DNA from: an uncultured Candidatus Saccharibacteria bacterium
GTDB taxonomy: Bacteria > Patescibacteriota > Minisyncoccia > 2-02-FULL-40-12 > GWA2-44-9
NCBI GenBank assembly: GCA_964429675.1
Contig: CAYSDF010000001.1
Coordinates: 1-45,428 of the forward strand
Length of the DNA stretch: 45,428 nt
Direction: 5' to 3'
Positions 35,890 to 43,025 of the stretch are shown in pieces; position 1 is the first letter of the stretch, and each line of letters begins with the position of its first letter. The translations under genes and the position numbers were made by a program. The notes under the pieces were generated by a model. The model did no database searches and had not been told where the DNA came from. It saw only the letters and a program-made list of their open reading frames with translations.

Positions 35890-36469
35890 ATTTTCTCCGC
35901 ATAAAAAATAGACCAGTTCCTAACAACGCTATAGTAGCCGGTTCCGGGTTATGTCCTACATATTTAAAATCCGATAAGTTGCCGATGGCTTGATGTTCTC
36001 CTCTTTCATAGGCCAACCAATAATTCCCAGCTGGTAACGTAACCCACATACTGGTGGATGGAAAATCATCTTGATAGGTAATTAAGTCAGGCGTGATTGG
36101 AAAAGACACATTAGCTTTAGTTATCTCTTCGTTCGCCTTTGGCAATTCATCTCCTGAGTAGACAAAGAAATTGAAATCAAATAAATCTTCAGACTGGTTG
36201 TCAGAAAAGGCCTCAACATCGACAAGTACCCTATCAATAAAAATAGGCTCCTCAGCCAAAAATTGTTTAGCGAATCCTATCGTACCATTCCCCGTGGGGC
36301 CGTTCACATACCCAGTCCAATCTGAATAATGCCATGTCCCGCCTTCTACTCCGCTATTTAACCACGGGTTTTCGTAGATTGCGTCTACACCTGTAAAATT
36401 AAATGGTACTATCATTGCTTGTGCTTCTGTACAAAACAATAAAACCAGAATTATAATTAAGTATTTCAT
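35879..36469 (-). CDS. secreted PEP-CTERM domain protein (196 aa)
   Basis: Signal peptide MKYLIIILVLLFCTEAQA. C-terminus NPEPATIALLGTGLFFMRRKFER shows the PEP motif, a hydrophobic helix and a basic tail. Confidence 0.8.
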   Translation of the reverse strand: MKYLIIILVLLFCTEAQAMIVPFNFTGVDAIYENPWLNSGVEGGTWHYSDWTGYVNGPTGNGTIGFAKQFLAEEPIFIDRVLVDVEAFSDNQSEDLFDFNFFVYSGDELPKANEEITKANVSFPITPDLITYQDDFPSTSMWVTLPAGNYWLAYERGEHQAIGNLSDFKYVGHNPEPATIALLGTGLFFMRRKFER

Positions 36470-36627
36470 TTTACTCCTCTTTCTGGTCGTTTTATCCCCT
36501 CAATACATGGTTTAGTTTTCCCTGAATCATCAAACTTATCCGTGAAGACGTACATTGGGAGGTTCTCGCAGAGTCTGAAGGTTGCTAACATTATCATAAT
36601 GAATAATTCGATTTTTAGAATTTTCAT
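36466..36627 (-). CDS. small protein with a hydrophobic N-terminus (53 aa, below cutoff)
   Basis: Hand translation gives MKILKIELFIMIMLATFRLCENLPMYVFTDKFDDSGKTKPCIEGIKRPERGVK. GGAGAAG RBS. ATGA overlaps on both sides. Confidence 0.4.
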   Translation of the reverse strand: MKILKIELFIMIMLATFRLCENLPMYVFTDKFDDSGKTKPCIEGIKRPERGVK

Positions 36628-36743
36628 TTCTTCTTCTCCAAAAGTTTAATAATTTTATCTAACCTGTTCTCAAAACGATAACCTATCATTGTTAATAAAA
36701 CACATATCATAATTAAAAAAACATCCATCCATATTGAATCCAT
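36624..36743 (-). CDS. small single-TM protein (39 aa, below cutoff)
   Basis: Hand translation gives MDSIWMDVFLIMICVLLTMIGYRFENRLDKIIKLLEKKK. GGAGGG RBS. Confidence 0.4.
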   Translation of the reverse strand: MDSIWMDVFLIMICVLLTMIGYRFENRLDKIIKLLEKKK

Positions 36744-36763
36744 TTCACCAATCCCTCCAGAAG

Positions 36764-37006
36764 TTAATCCCCTCGAGCTGTTCCCTTAAATCTTTTTCTA
36801 ATTTCCACGTTAAATAATCCCATAAAATTTGTTTCCCATCGACCATTAACCCATTTCAAGGGAATGCCACCCATCATCTCAATTAATTCAAGTGTATCTT
36901 TGAGCAGTCTTTTTTTATCGGCGTCGGTTAGCTCGGCATAAGGCGGGTCTATTAATCTTGGGCGACCGTAGTATAAGGCGTCGAGTTTTTCTCGAGCGGT
37001 GGCCAT
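36764..37006 (-). CDS. hypothetical protein (80 aa)
   Basis: ORF in the leftward operon. Confidence 0.5.
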   Translation of the reverse strand: MATAREKLDALYYGRPRLIDPPYAELTDADKKRLLKDTLELIEMMGGIPLKWVNGRWETNFMGLFNVEIRKRFKGTARGD

Positions 37007-37165
37007 CTATTCATCCTCCTCAATCACCAGAACCGCTTTCTTCATTCTGGCTGATTCAATTATTTCCGGCGGCAATTCACCTTCTGGATAAAAGTGATAA
37101 CAGGTTGCAGTCTTTTCTTCGTCGTTTTGTCTAATGGAAACAATAGCGTATCCTTCAATTCTCAT
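37007..37165 (-). CDS. small acidic protein (52 aa, below cutoff)
   Basis: Hand translation gives MRIEGYAIVSIRQNDEEKTATCYHFYPEGELPPEIIESARMKKAVLVIEEDE. GAGGAGGA RBS. The stop abuts the next ATG. Confidence 0.4.
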   Translation of the reverse strand: MRIEGYAIVSIRQNDEEKTATCYHFYPEGELPPEIIESARMKKAVLVIEEDE

Positions 37166-37280
37166 GCGTCCTCCTCAATTATTCGGGACTCTCTTTATAA
37201 TCTTCTCACAGTACTTACAGACCTCGACGTCTCCTGCGTATCCCGAACCAAGTGTCGCTTGTGTTATTTTTCCTAATTGC

Positions 37281-37622
37281 TTAAACATTTTTCTCCCCTT
37301 CCTCTCGTGCTTGCAGGGCGTGGGCGTAGGCTTTTTTGCAAGCGTCTATGGCTGCGTTCCATCCAACATTTTGTTGATGAATAAAATTATCTTGATATGG
37401 AAATTTAGACGGCTTATGTTTCTCCGGCCACTCCACGCAATCCGGCTGGGCGGGGGTTCTAGTATTCCATGCCTTAATCGCTTCTGCTTTTGTATCAAAA
37501 TCATGTTGGGCTAAACAACCACATGGAATAGTATTAGTACAAGAGACAAACCATCCTTCCCATTTTTTAAGCTCAGCTTTCGACCCGCAGAGTGGACACG
37601 GTTTAAGTCGCTCGTTCGTCAT
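37281..37622 (-). CDS. Lar-family (restriction-alleviation-like) zinc-ribbon protein with a C-terminal extension (113 aa)
   Basis: LKPCPLCGSKAEL...CTN..CG......KAEAIKAWNTR matches the Lar-family pattern (CPFCG ... AI.AWN.R). Confidence 0.45.
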   Translation of the reverse strand: MTNERLKPCPLCGSKAELKKWEGWFVSCTNTIPCGCLAQHDFDTKAEAIKAWNTRTPAQPDCVEWPEKHKPSKFPYQDNFIHQQNVGWNAAIDACKKAYAHALQAREEGEKNV

Positions 37623-37827
37623 GGCTAACCTCCGAAATTTGTATATCTTTAATTAATGAGTTATTATCAGCCACAAGTTTGGCTATCTTATCCACCAAGA
37701 AATTGTGCTGTAAATCAAACTCTGAAGGTGTTCCGCTGACAAAAAGACTTGTTACTTCTATTTTGCAGGGAAAATTATGTAATCTACAAAGCGGAAATTT
37801 GATTACTGTTGTTTTAACATTGCTCAT
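37603..37827 (-). CDS. hypothetical protein (74 aa)
   Basis: ORF in the operon, overlapping its neighbours. Confidence 0.45.
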   Translation of the reverse strand: MSNVKTTVIKFPLCRLHNFPCKIEVTSLFVSGTPSEFDLQHNFLVDKIAKLVADNNSLIKDIQISEVSHDERAT

Positions 37828-38302
37828 GGTCGGCCTCCTCGAATATCTTTTTTAGAATCTCGGTGCGGCATTCCTCGTAATATTTAAAAGCCTTTGAATC
37901 AAGTGAACCATACGGATTCTCCGGCACCATCGAACGGAAGTTGGCTAAAAAGTATTGTGTTATATTCTTTATAAATTCATTTGTAGCATGGCTTGATTTA
38001 TACTCAGAATAAACACCAGAAAGTCTATGTTCTTTTTCTGCTCTTTCTAAATTGTTAAGATAACGTGCTATAATTTCGTATATATGCTTCTTCTTCCCCG
38101 GTTCATTCTCCGATATAAGTGGATTTTTAACATTTTTGTTATCTTCATGTTCTTTGCCACAATATATGCAATGTAAAATTCTACAATCAAGATCACTGCC
38201 AGCCCATGCGTGCTTACATTTATCCTTCTCCGCACAGCATTCTTTTAGAATCTTTAATCTTTCAATTAGGTCATCAACTACTTTTATAAGTGAATCATCC
38301 AT
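37814..38302 (-). CDS. hypothetical Cys-containing protein (162 aa)
   Basis: Start taken at MDDSLIKVV after AAAGGAG. The ORF track extends to 38350. Confidence 0.5.
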   Translation of the reverse strand: MDDSLIKVVDDLIERLKILKECCAEKDKCKHAWAGSDLDCRILHCIYCGKEHEDNKNVKNPLISENEPGKKKHIYEIIARYLNNLERAEKEHRLSGVYSEYKSSHATNEFIKNITQYFLANFRSMVPENPYGSLDSKAFKYYEECRTEILKKIFEEADHEQC

Positions 38303-38564
38303 TTCCACTCCTTTCCTCGTTAAGAATCGGTCGGGGGGAAGGTCTACCATCCCCGTTTATTGCTCTTGGGCTTTCAGGTTCCGTATATTGCGATGTGGAT
38401 TTTTGTCCAGAACCTAACTCTGGTTTTGTTCCACCTATCCGGGGTTGTTCTCGCAGAACATACCGGCCGGTCATAACCATTTCAACCTGCCACCCGACCA
38501 ATTCCGAAATAAGCTCGGCTACTCTTTCGGACGTTATGCCTAAGAGCCACTTTGACATCTCCAC
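38295..38564 (-). CDS. hypothetical protein (about 87-89 aa), possible HTH N-terminus and low-complexity C-terminus
   Basis: SKWLLGITSERVAELISELVG looks HTH-like. The start context is poor, and an ORF of similar length exists on the opposite strand. Confidence 0.3.
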   Translation of the reverse strand: MEMSKWLLGITSERVAELISELVGWQVEMVMTGRYVLREQPRIGGTKPELGSGQKSTSQYTEPESPRAINGDGRPSPRPILNEERSGNG

Positions 38565-38735
38565 AGTGAGACTTCACTCGAGTTTATTCTACGCTGCGCT
38601 TGAGCCATTTAGGTTATGCACCTTGCCGAAATCCTGGGCGTGGAGCAGTTGGAGTTTTTTGTTGGATTCTCCATAATCCATTTTTTTACTGCCATCCACG
38701 CCGAACAGCTAAACTTCCACATCTTTTCGATGGCA

Positions 38736-39029
38736 TTATTGGATAGAACAAAAAAGACTGTTACTATCTGCTTTATATTCGAAAGAGCTTGATCCACAAA
38801 GAAATTTATTACTATCTTGAGCAGTAGCTTGTAGACCTGTAGAACAATAAATTCTTGGGGAATCCCAATACCAACGATTCCAATGGTCGTGATGAACTTC
38901 TCTTACAACTTCTTTTCCAAACATTTCACTAAGAACTTCTTTTAACTTTTTGCACTCCTCAACAGTCAATTCGACTTCTTTCTTCCCAAGCTGTAAGACT
39001 ATCTTCTTTATTTCTGTCTTATTTTCCAT
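38736..39029 (-). CDS. hypothetical protein (97 aa)
   Basis: Start at MENKTEIKK after AAGGAGAG. Confidence 0.5.
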   Translation of the reverse strand: MENKTEIKKIVLQLGKKEVELTVEECKKLKEVLSEMFGKEVVREVHHDHWNRWYWDSPRIYCSTGLQATAQDSNKFLCGSSSFEYKADSNSLFCSIQ

Positions 39030-39086
39030 ACCACTCTCCTTTTCTTTGTTGTTCCTCCAACCCACATCTTTGCGAGGGGAGCAGGG

Positions 39087-39221
39087 CTATCTATCATTCC
39101 CCATCATCTGCTTTAATAAAAGAAATTCTAGAAATAGTCTCAATGTTCTTGCATTTTCATCTGAGAGTTCGCAATATCTCTCCCATATCCATTCACTTGT
39201 TGGTAGTGGAATCTTTGTCAT
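39087..39221 (-). CDS. small protein (44 aa, below cutoff)
   Basis: Hand translation gives MTKIPLPTSEWIWERYCELSDENARTLRLFLEFLLLKQMMGNDR. AGGGGGGA RBS. Confidence 0.3.
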   Translation of the reverse strand: MTKIPLPTSEWIWERYCELSDENARTLRLFLEFLLLKQMMGNDR

Positions 39222-39261
39222 TCATCCCCCCTGACGGATTTGTGACGGTTAGGTTGACTCA

Positions 39262-39462
39262 TCACCTTAATTTAATTAACTGAGCAATTAAATATATAAT
39301 CATCATCAATACACATGCCAATGTCACATAAGAATCTATTCCCCACGGAATAGTATAATTTTGCCCAGAGCATATATTCACAATATGATTTTCTCCCCAC
39401 GTAGAATACCTTTGTAAACAATCCCCTATGTGCTGAATATTTGCGTTGATTTGTCCTTCCAT
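39262..39462 (-). CDS. tail-anchored membrane protein (66 aa)
   Basis: C-terminal TM segment YVTLACVLMMIIYLIAQLI. Confidence 0.45.
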   Translation of the reverse strand: MEGQINANIQHIGDCLQRYSTWGENHIVNICSGQNYTIPWGIDSYVTLACVLMMIIYLIAQLIKLR

Positions 39463-39477
39463 GTTTATCCTCTTTCT

Positions 39478-39660
39478 TTAATCACTCACGCACCCGTCCT
39501 TGTCGTAGACGTCGAGGCCGTCAGGCCATATCACTAACTCTCTTTTCTCTAGCCGGCAGGTGCAGGGCCAGAAATTATGAGAGTTCCAGTGCCAGTTTTT
39601 AGAGTCACACCAGACATTAAGTTCTTTCCGGGAGCCCTGATAGATTTTACGTAGATTCAT
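39478..39660 (-). CDS. hypothetical Trp/Cys-rich protein (60 aa)
   Basis: Start at MNLRKIY, with ATGA overlap on the NinG stop. Confidence 0.45.
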   Translation of the reverse strand: MNLRKIYQGSRKELNVWCDSKNWHWNSHNFWPCTCRLEKRELVIWPDGLDVYDKDGCVSD

Positions 39661-40040
39661 AGTGCCTCTATTTTTTCTTTGTACTCTTCGATAAGCTCTT
39701 GATAGTCTTCTTTTTTCCACTGTTCGATTTTCCCAAGTAGGGCGTGGAGCTCTTCCAGAGTTTCTGTGCCATAAACTTCACGGATTCTCGCACCGTAGAC
39801 CGCAACATTTCCTCGGAGCCAGATGTTGCAGCGGTAACACTGACAGTGATTATTCCGTTCGTGGAAATATAACGGCAGAGGACAGATTGCTCGTTGATAG
39901 TAATGTCCGCATTGAGTAAATCGGATTTCATTTTCTGCACCACAGGTGAAACACACGCCTTTATCTCTTTTTCTGATATATTCACTGAACACCGTCCATA
40001 ACTTGCGTTTGTACCACGCTAGGGTTTTTTCTTTCTTCAC
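39657..40040 (-). CDS. ninG: NinG/Rap-family recombination endonuclease-like protein
   Basis: FSEYIRKRDKGVCFTCG....QCGHYY.......LYFHERNNHCQCYRCN...RGN...Y follows the lambda NinG pattern (FIRERD..C.SCG..AGHY..RF.ERN.H.QC..CN..GN..Y). Confidence 0.7.
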   Translation of the reverse strand: MKKEKTLAWYKRKLWTVFSEYIRKRDKGVCFTCGAENEIRFTQCGHYYQRAICPLPLYFHERNNHCQCYRCNIWLRGNVAVYGARIREVYGTETLEELHALLGKIEQWKKEDYQELIEEYKEKIEAL

Positions 40041-40465
40041 GCCGCTTCCCAGTTTTCTTGAGTGGCTTTATCCAATCGTTCTACGGTGTACTTCGTCTCC
40101 ATCCCGGTTCCTTCCCGGCTGATTCTGATTTTCTCTCCGACGGTGACCTCGTCCATCTGAATAGCCAAAGCCCCGGACGAAGAATCAAAGGTTTTATTGT
40201 CTATCTTATACCGCATGACTTCTTTTTCTTGCCCGAAAACGTCTTTAACGATAGGCTTCATCCCTCCGAAAATTCCTTCCGCACTCTCTCCATCTTCGAT
40301 TTTAATAAACGAACTGTTTCTTTTTTGATAATCTTTACCGACTCCCATAAAATCCTCCCGTTTTAATATTGCCCAATGTGGACATCCTACTATTGTGTAT
40401 TTAAATTCTTCTGTTTCTTTTTTTATGACTTCTGGCTTCCTACAGAATTCACAATGCCAGCTCAT
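40037..40465 (-). CDS. hypothetical protein (142 aa) with an N-terminal CxxC
   Basis: ORF in the replication/recombination block. ATGA overlaps on both sides. Confidence 0.5.
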   Translation of the reverse strand: MSWHCEFCRKPEVIKKETEEFKYTIVGCPHWAILKREDFMGVGKDYQKRNSSFIKIEDGESAEGIFGGMKPIVKDVFGQEKEVMRYKIDNKTFDSSSGALAIQMDEVTVGEKIRISREGTGMETKYTVERLDKATQENWEAA

Positions 40466-40674
40466 CTGCTTGCATCAATAATTTTCTTTTCATTCATCAA
40501 CTGCTGCTCTATCAACCGTTTTTGATGTTCCAGTTTCTCAACTTGTGCCTTCGCTGAGGCCAGTTCGTTCGTGAATTTAGTTCGTACGTCAATCGCCACT
40601 AAAAGCAAATCCACTATCCCGGATAATTTCCGTTCGTACTCTCGTAAGGCGTCATGGCTTGTCTGATTTTCCAC
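40462..40674 (-). CDS. small coiled-coil protein (70 aa)
   Basis: GTG start 5 nt after GGAGGG. Heptad-like Glu/Lys/Leu-rich sequence. Confidence 0.45.
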   Translation of the reverse strand: MENQTSHDALREYERKLSGIVDLLLVAIDVRTKFTNELASAKAQVEKLEHQKRLIEQQLMNEKKIIDASR

Positions 40675-41329
40675 TTTTTCCCTCCAATGTGAAACATTTG
40701 TCCTTAAATTGGCAGTATTCGCATTCTTTGGCCCCAGAATACAATCTTGGGCTTGCAGGTGGTATTTCCCCGTTTTTCCAGAAATCGTTCAATGTGGCCA
40801 ATTCTAGGGCCAAATTAGCCCTATTCTGGGGAGTCATGGCAAGCCGATATTCACTCATACAAAGAGTGTCTTTATCAATATAGACTAAATGCAGAAACGG
40901 CTTATCAAGATTTATAGCGTAAAAAGACCCCTGTAGTACGTGTTCCGGCTTTGATTCTGAGATACTTTTTCCCTTTTCTGCTTCCTTTGCCATATGAAAC
41001 CATGCTCTTGAGTTCTGGGATTTGATTTCAATGATTTCATCCCCCAAGACAATATCCGCATAACCAAGCGTGTCTTCAGTCCTGACCTCCACTTCTTTAG
41101 GGGCTTCAACATACTGCTTTATGAAATCATGGAATATTTCCCCGCACATAAAAACTCTCAAAGTTCTATCATCTGGTGGATTCGTTGGAGGTTCATTCTT
41201 GCGATTCCAATACTGCCGGCGAAAGCATTGACCAAAGGAAGATGGAGACCAGAGACCAGAGCGAGTTCTTAATTTGCGGTCTTCCTGTTTCTTGTTTAAT
41301 GCCTCTTGGACTAACTTCTGGATGTTCAT
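40652..41329 (-). CDS. PD-(D/E)XK exonuclease, Cas4/RecB-like with a Cys cluster
   Basis: GYADIV..DEIIEIKS (D...EXK), an N-terminal Cys (GQCFRRQYW) and a C-terminal CEYCQFKDKC, as in Cas4-type nucleases. Confidence 0.7.
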   Translation of the reverse strand: MNIQKLVQEALNKKQEDRKLRTRSGLWSPSSFGQCFRRQYWNRKNEPPTNPPDDRTLRVFMCGEIFHDFIKQYVEAPKEVEVRTEDTLGYADIVLGDEIIEIKSQNSRAWFHMAKEAEKGKSISESKPEHVLQGSFYAINLDKPFLHLVYIDKDTLCMSEYRLAMTPQNRANLALELATLNDFWKNGEIPPASPRLYSGAKECEYCQFKDKCFTLEGKSGKSDKP

Positions 41330-41502
41330 GATTCAAAATCCCTTCTGTCCGCTTCGTCACACTCTATACAGATAAAATCACTCCCAATGTCGTTCTTGTG
41401 CTCTATGATTCCCACCTGTCTAACCTGATTGAACGGGAACCAGCGTTTACAGAAATAGCAAATTTGGCCTTTCTTATCCATTTCGGCTTTTATCTGACTC
41501 AT
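41326..41502 (-). CDS. small zinc-ribbon protein (58 aa, below cutoff)
   Basis: Hand translation gives MSQIKAEMDKKGQICYFCKRWFPFNQVRQVGIIEHKNDIGSDFICIECDEADRRDFES. AAGGAGAG RBS. ATGA overlap with the nuclease gene. Confidence 0.45.
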   Translation of the reverse strand: MSQIKAEMDKKGQICYFCKRWFPFNQVRQVGIIEHKNDIGSDFICIECDEADRRDFES

Positions 41503-41629
41503 CGCTCTCCTTTAGAATCTCTTCGGCTTCGTACTTGGCGGCCATATCTTCTAAACTCTGCGCATAATCTTGATACCCGCACTTCCTATGGGCTTGGGCA
41601 AATAAATACAATACTTCGCTGTTTTTCAT
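41474..41629 (-). CDS. small protein (51 aa, below cutoff)
   Basis: Hand translation gives MKNSEVLYLFAQAHRKCGYQDYAQSLEDMAAKYEAEEILKESDESDKSRNG. GAGGTG RBS. Overlaps the next ORF by 29 nt. Confidence 0.3.
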   Translation of the reverse strand: MKNSEVLYLFAQAHRKCGYQDYAQSLEDMAAKYEAEEILKESDESDKSRNG

Positions 41630-41630
41630 T

Positions 41631-41801
41631 TTACACCTCGTCTCTGTTCATGGCTTTCTTGTAATTGCGTCTTACAATATGCCGGATAAATGCGGAGAGA
41701 TTCTCTCCCCAACCCTTTGACTTGGCCTCTTCCTGATACTTTTCTTTGATTTCTGTACTCTCTCGGAAAAATATCTCACTATCCAGTTTCTTTTCTTCCA
41801 T
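41631..41801 (-). CDS. ribbon-helix-helix (CopG/Arc-like) regulator candidate (56 aa, below cutoff)
   Basis: Hand translation gives MEEKKLDSEIFFRESTEIKEKYQEEAKSKGWGENLSAFIRHIVRRNYKKAMNRDEV. NLSAFIRHIV is RHH-like. GGGAGG RBS. A palindrome lies upstream. Confidence 0.45.
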   Translation of the reverse strand: MEEKKLDSEIFFRESTEIKEKYQEEAKSKGWGENLSAFIRHIVRRNYKKAMNRDEV

Positions 41802-41817
41802 TGTTACCTCCCTTCAC

Positions 41818-41856
41818 TATATAAGGAGCCTAACAGATGTTAGATATTTGTCAAGC
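41818..41856 (-). promoter_or_regulatory. regulatory region: GCTTGACAAA motif, 6+6 inverted repeat CTAACA-GA-TGTTAG (41830..41843) and a TATATA box (41818..41823)
   Basis: Read directly. The distance between the TTGACA-like and TATATA elements is 25 nt, so this is not a canonical sigma70 promoter. Confidence 0.4.
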
Positions 41857-41872
41857 AATGTTTTAAAGTATT

Positions 41873-42814
41873 TCAATCTTCCCAATCCTGCACCTGATAA
41901 GTTTTTCCGGCGAACATTTCTTCAATTTTTTCATGTGGCACCGTCGGAGGTTTAATTTCTTTTTCCATCTCTTCAAAGTAGGAAAATTGTGGAGAGTATT
42001 TAACTCTCAAAGCCAAATTCCCGCCCTCTTTATTTTTTTCTAAAAATATTTCATAATAACTGGAAGAAATACTCTTGTCGTATTTATGCGGATAATTTAA
42101 CAGAATTACAAAATCACTATGCTCATCAAGAAATCCTGTGCCTTTAAGATGATGTAAATAGGGGCGTTTTTCTTTGCCTTGCTGAGATTCCCGATTGATT
42201 TGCGATACAAGCACGCCGGCGAAGTTATATCGTATAGCTAATTCCCGGAAATGCTGGATATACTCGTTATAAGCCTCCCGGTTATCCCCGAATACCCGAG
42301 TGTTTTGTATGTAATCCAGAAAGATCGCATCAATATTTCTCTGCTTCTGATTAGTGATAGTCAATAAATCATCTACCTCTTTCCAAGTTTTACCGATACA
42401 ATCACTGATTAAAAACTTTTTAGTGAATAATTCTTCTTTGAGTGCGGATATTTGATTGAGATATTCATGGCTGCGGGAAGAGCGCAAATCAGCGTTATTG
42501 ATTCTCAGTCGATTCGCTACCACTCTGCGTAATATCTTGAGACTTTCCATCTCTAGGCTTAAGAATAGAATGGTTTTGCCTTGCATGGCTAAATCAAGGG
42601 CGCAATGAATAGCAAAATCGCTTTTCCCATGTGAAGGCCTGGCCCCGATTATCGTAAGGGCGGATTTATTGAGGCCCCACATGGCTTCGTTAAGCCGGGG
42701 GAATGTGATTAAATTGAGCTCTGGCTTATCGCCCCTTAATCTTAAATCTTCAATATAAGGGTCAATGAGGGTCGATAAGTTGACCAGTTTCGGCAATTTT
42801 TCTAAGTCTCTCAT
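41873..42814 (-). CDS. DnaB-like replicative helicase (RecA-type C-terminal domain only, 313 aa)
   Basis: Walker A GARPSHGKS, then FLSLEM, FLDYIQ and VSQINRE, the order of DnaB C-terminal motifs. Confidence 0.8.
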   Translation of the reverse strand: MRDLEKLPKLVNLSTLIDPYIEDLRLRGDKPELNLITFPRLNEAMWGLNKSALTIIGARPSHGKSDFAIHCALDLAMQGKTILFLSLEMESLKILRRVVANRLRINNADLRSSRSHEYLNQISALKEELFTKKFLISDCIGKTWKEVDDLLTITNQKQRNIDAIFLDYIQNTRVFGDNREAYNEYIQHFRELAIRYNFAGVLVSQINRESQQGKEKRPYLHHLKGTGFLDEHSDFVILLNYPHKYDKSISSSYYEIFLEKNKEGGNLALRVKYSPQFSYFEEMEKEIKPPTVPHEKIEEMFAGKTYQVQDWED

Positions 42815-43025
42815 ACTCGATTTCCTCTTTCCTAACCTTTAATAATAAATTAGTAATAATATCCATCGTCTTTTCAACGCCCGGTTCCCCGCTTATATAC
42901 TCTTTTTGGGCCAACCCTTTAAAATAACCTATTTCTTCTTGGAGGCTGATAATGTTTTGCTTACATAATTCCGCCAAGGCTGTATAAGTAGGTTTAATTA
43001 TCGAATTTGGTGGTTGTTGGCTCAT
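42762..43025 (-). CDS. hypothetical protein (87 aa) between the initiator and the helicase
   Basis: The ORF overlaps both neighbours. It could be a helicase-loader-type accessory protein, but that rests on position only. Confidence 0.4.
   Translation of the reverse strand: MSQQPPNSIIKPTYTALAELCKQNIISLQEEIGYFKGLAQKEYISGEPGVEKTMDIITNLLLKVRKEEIEYERLRKIAETGQLIDPH

Noticed and set aside
38609-38797. 62-aa minus-strand ORF
   Set aside because: It overlaps the 3' end of 38736..39029 by 62 nt and has no RBS or recognisable features.
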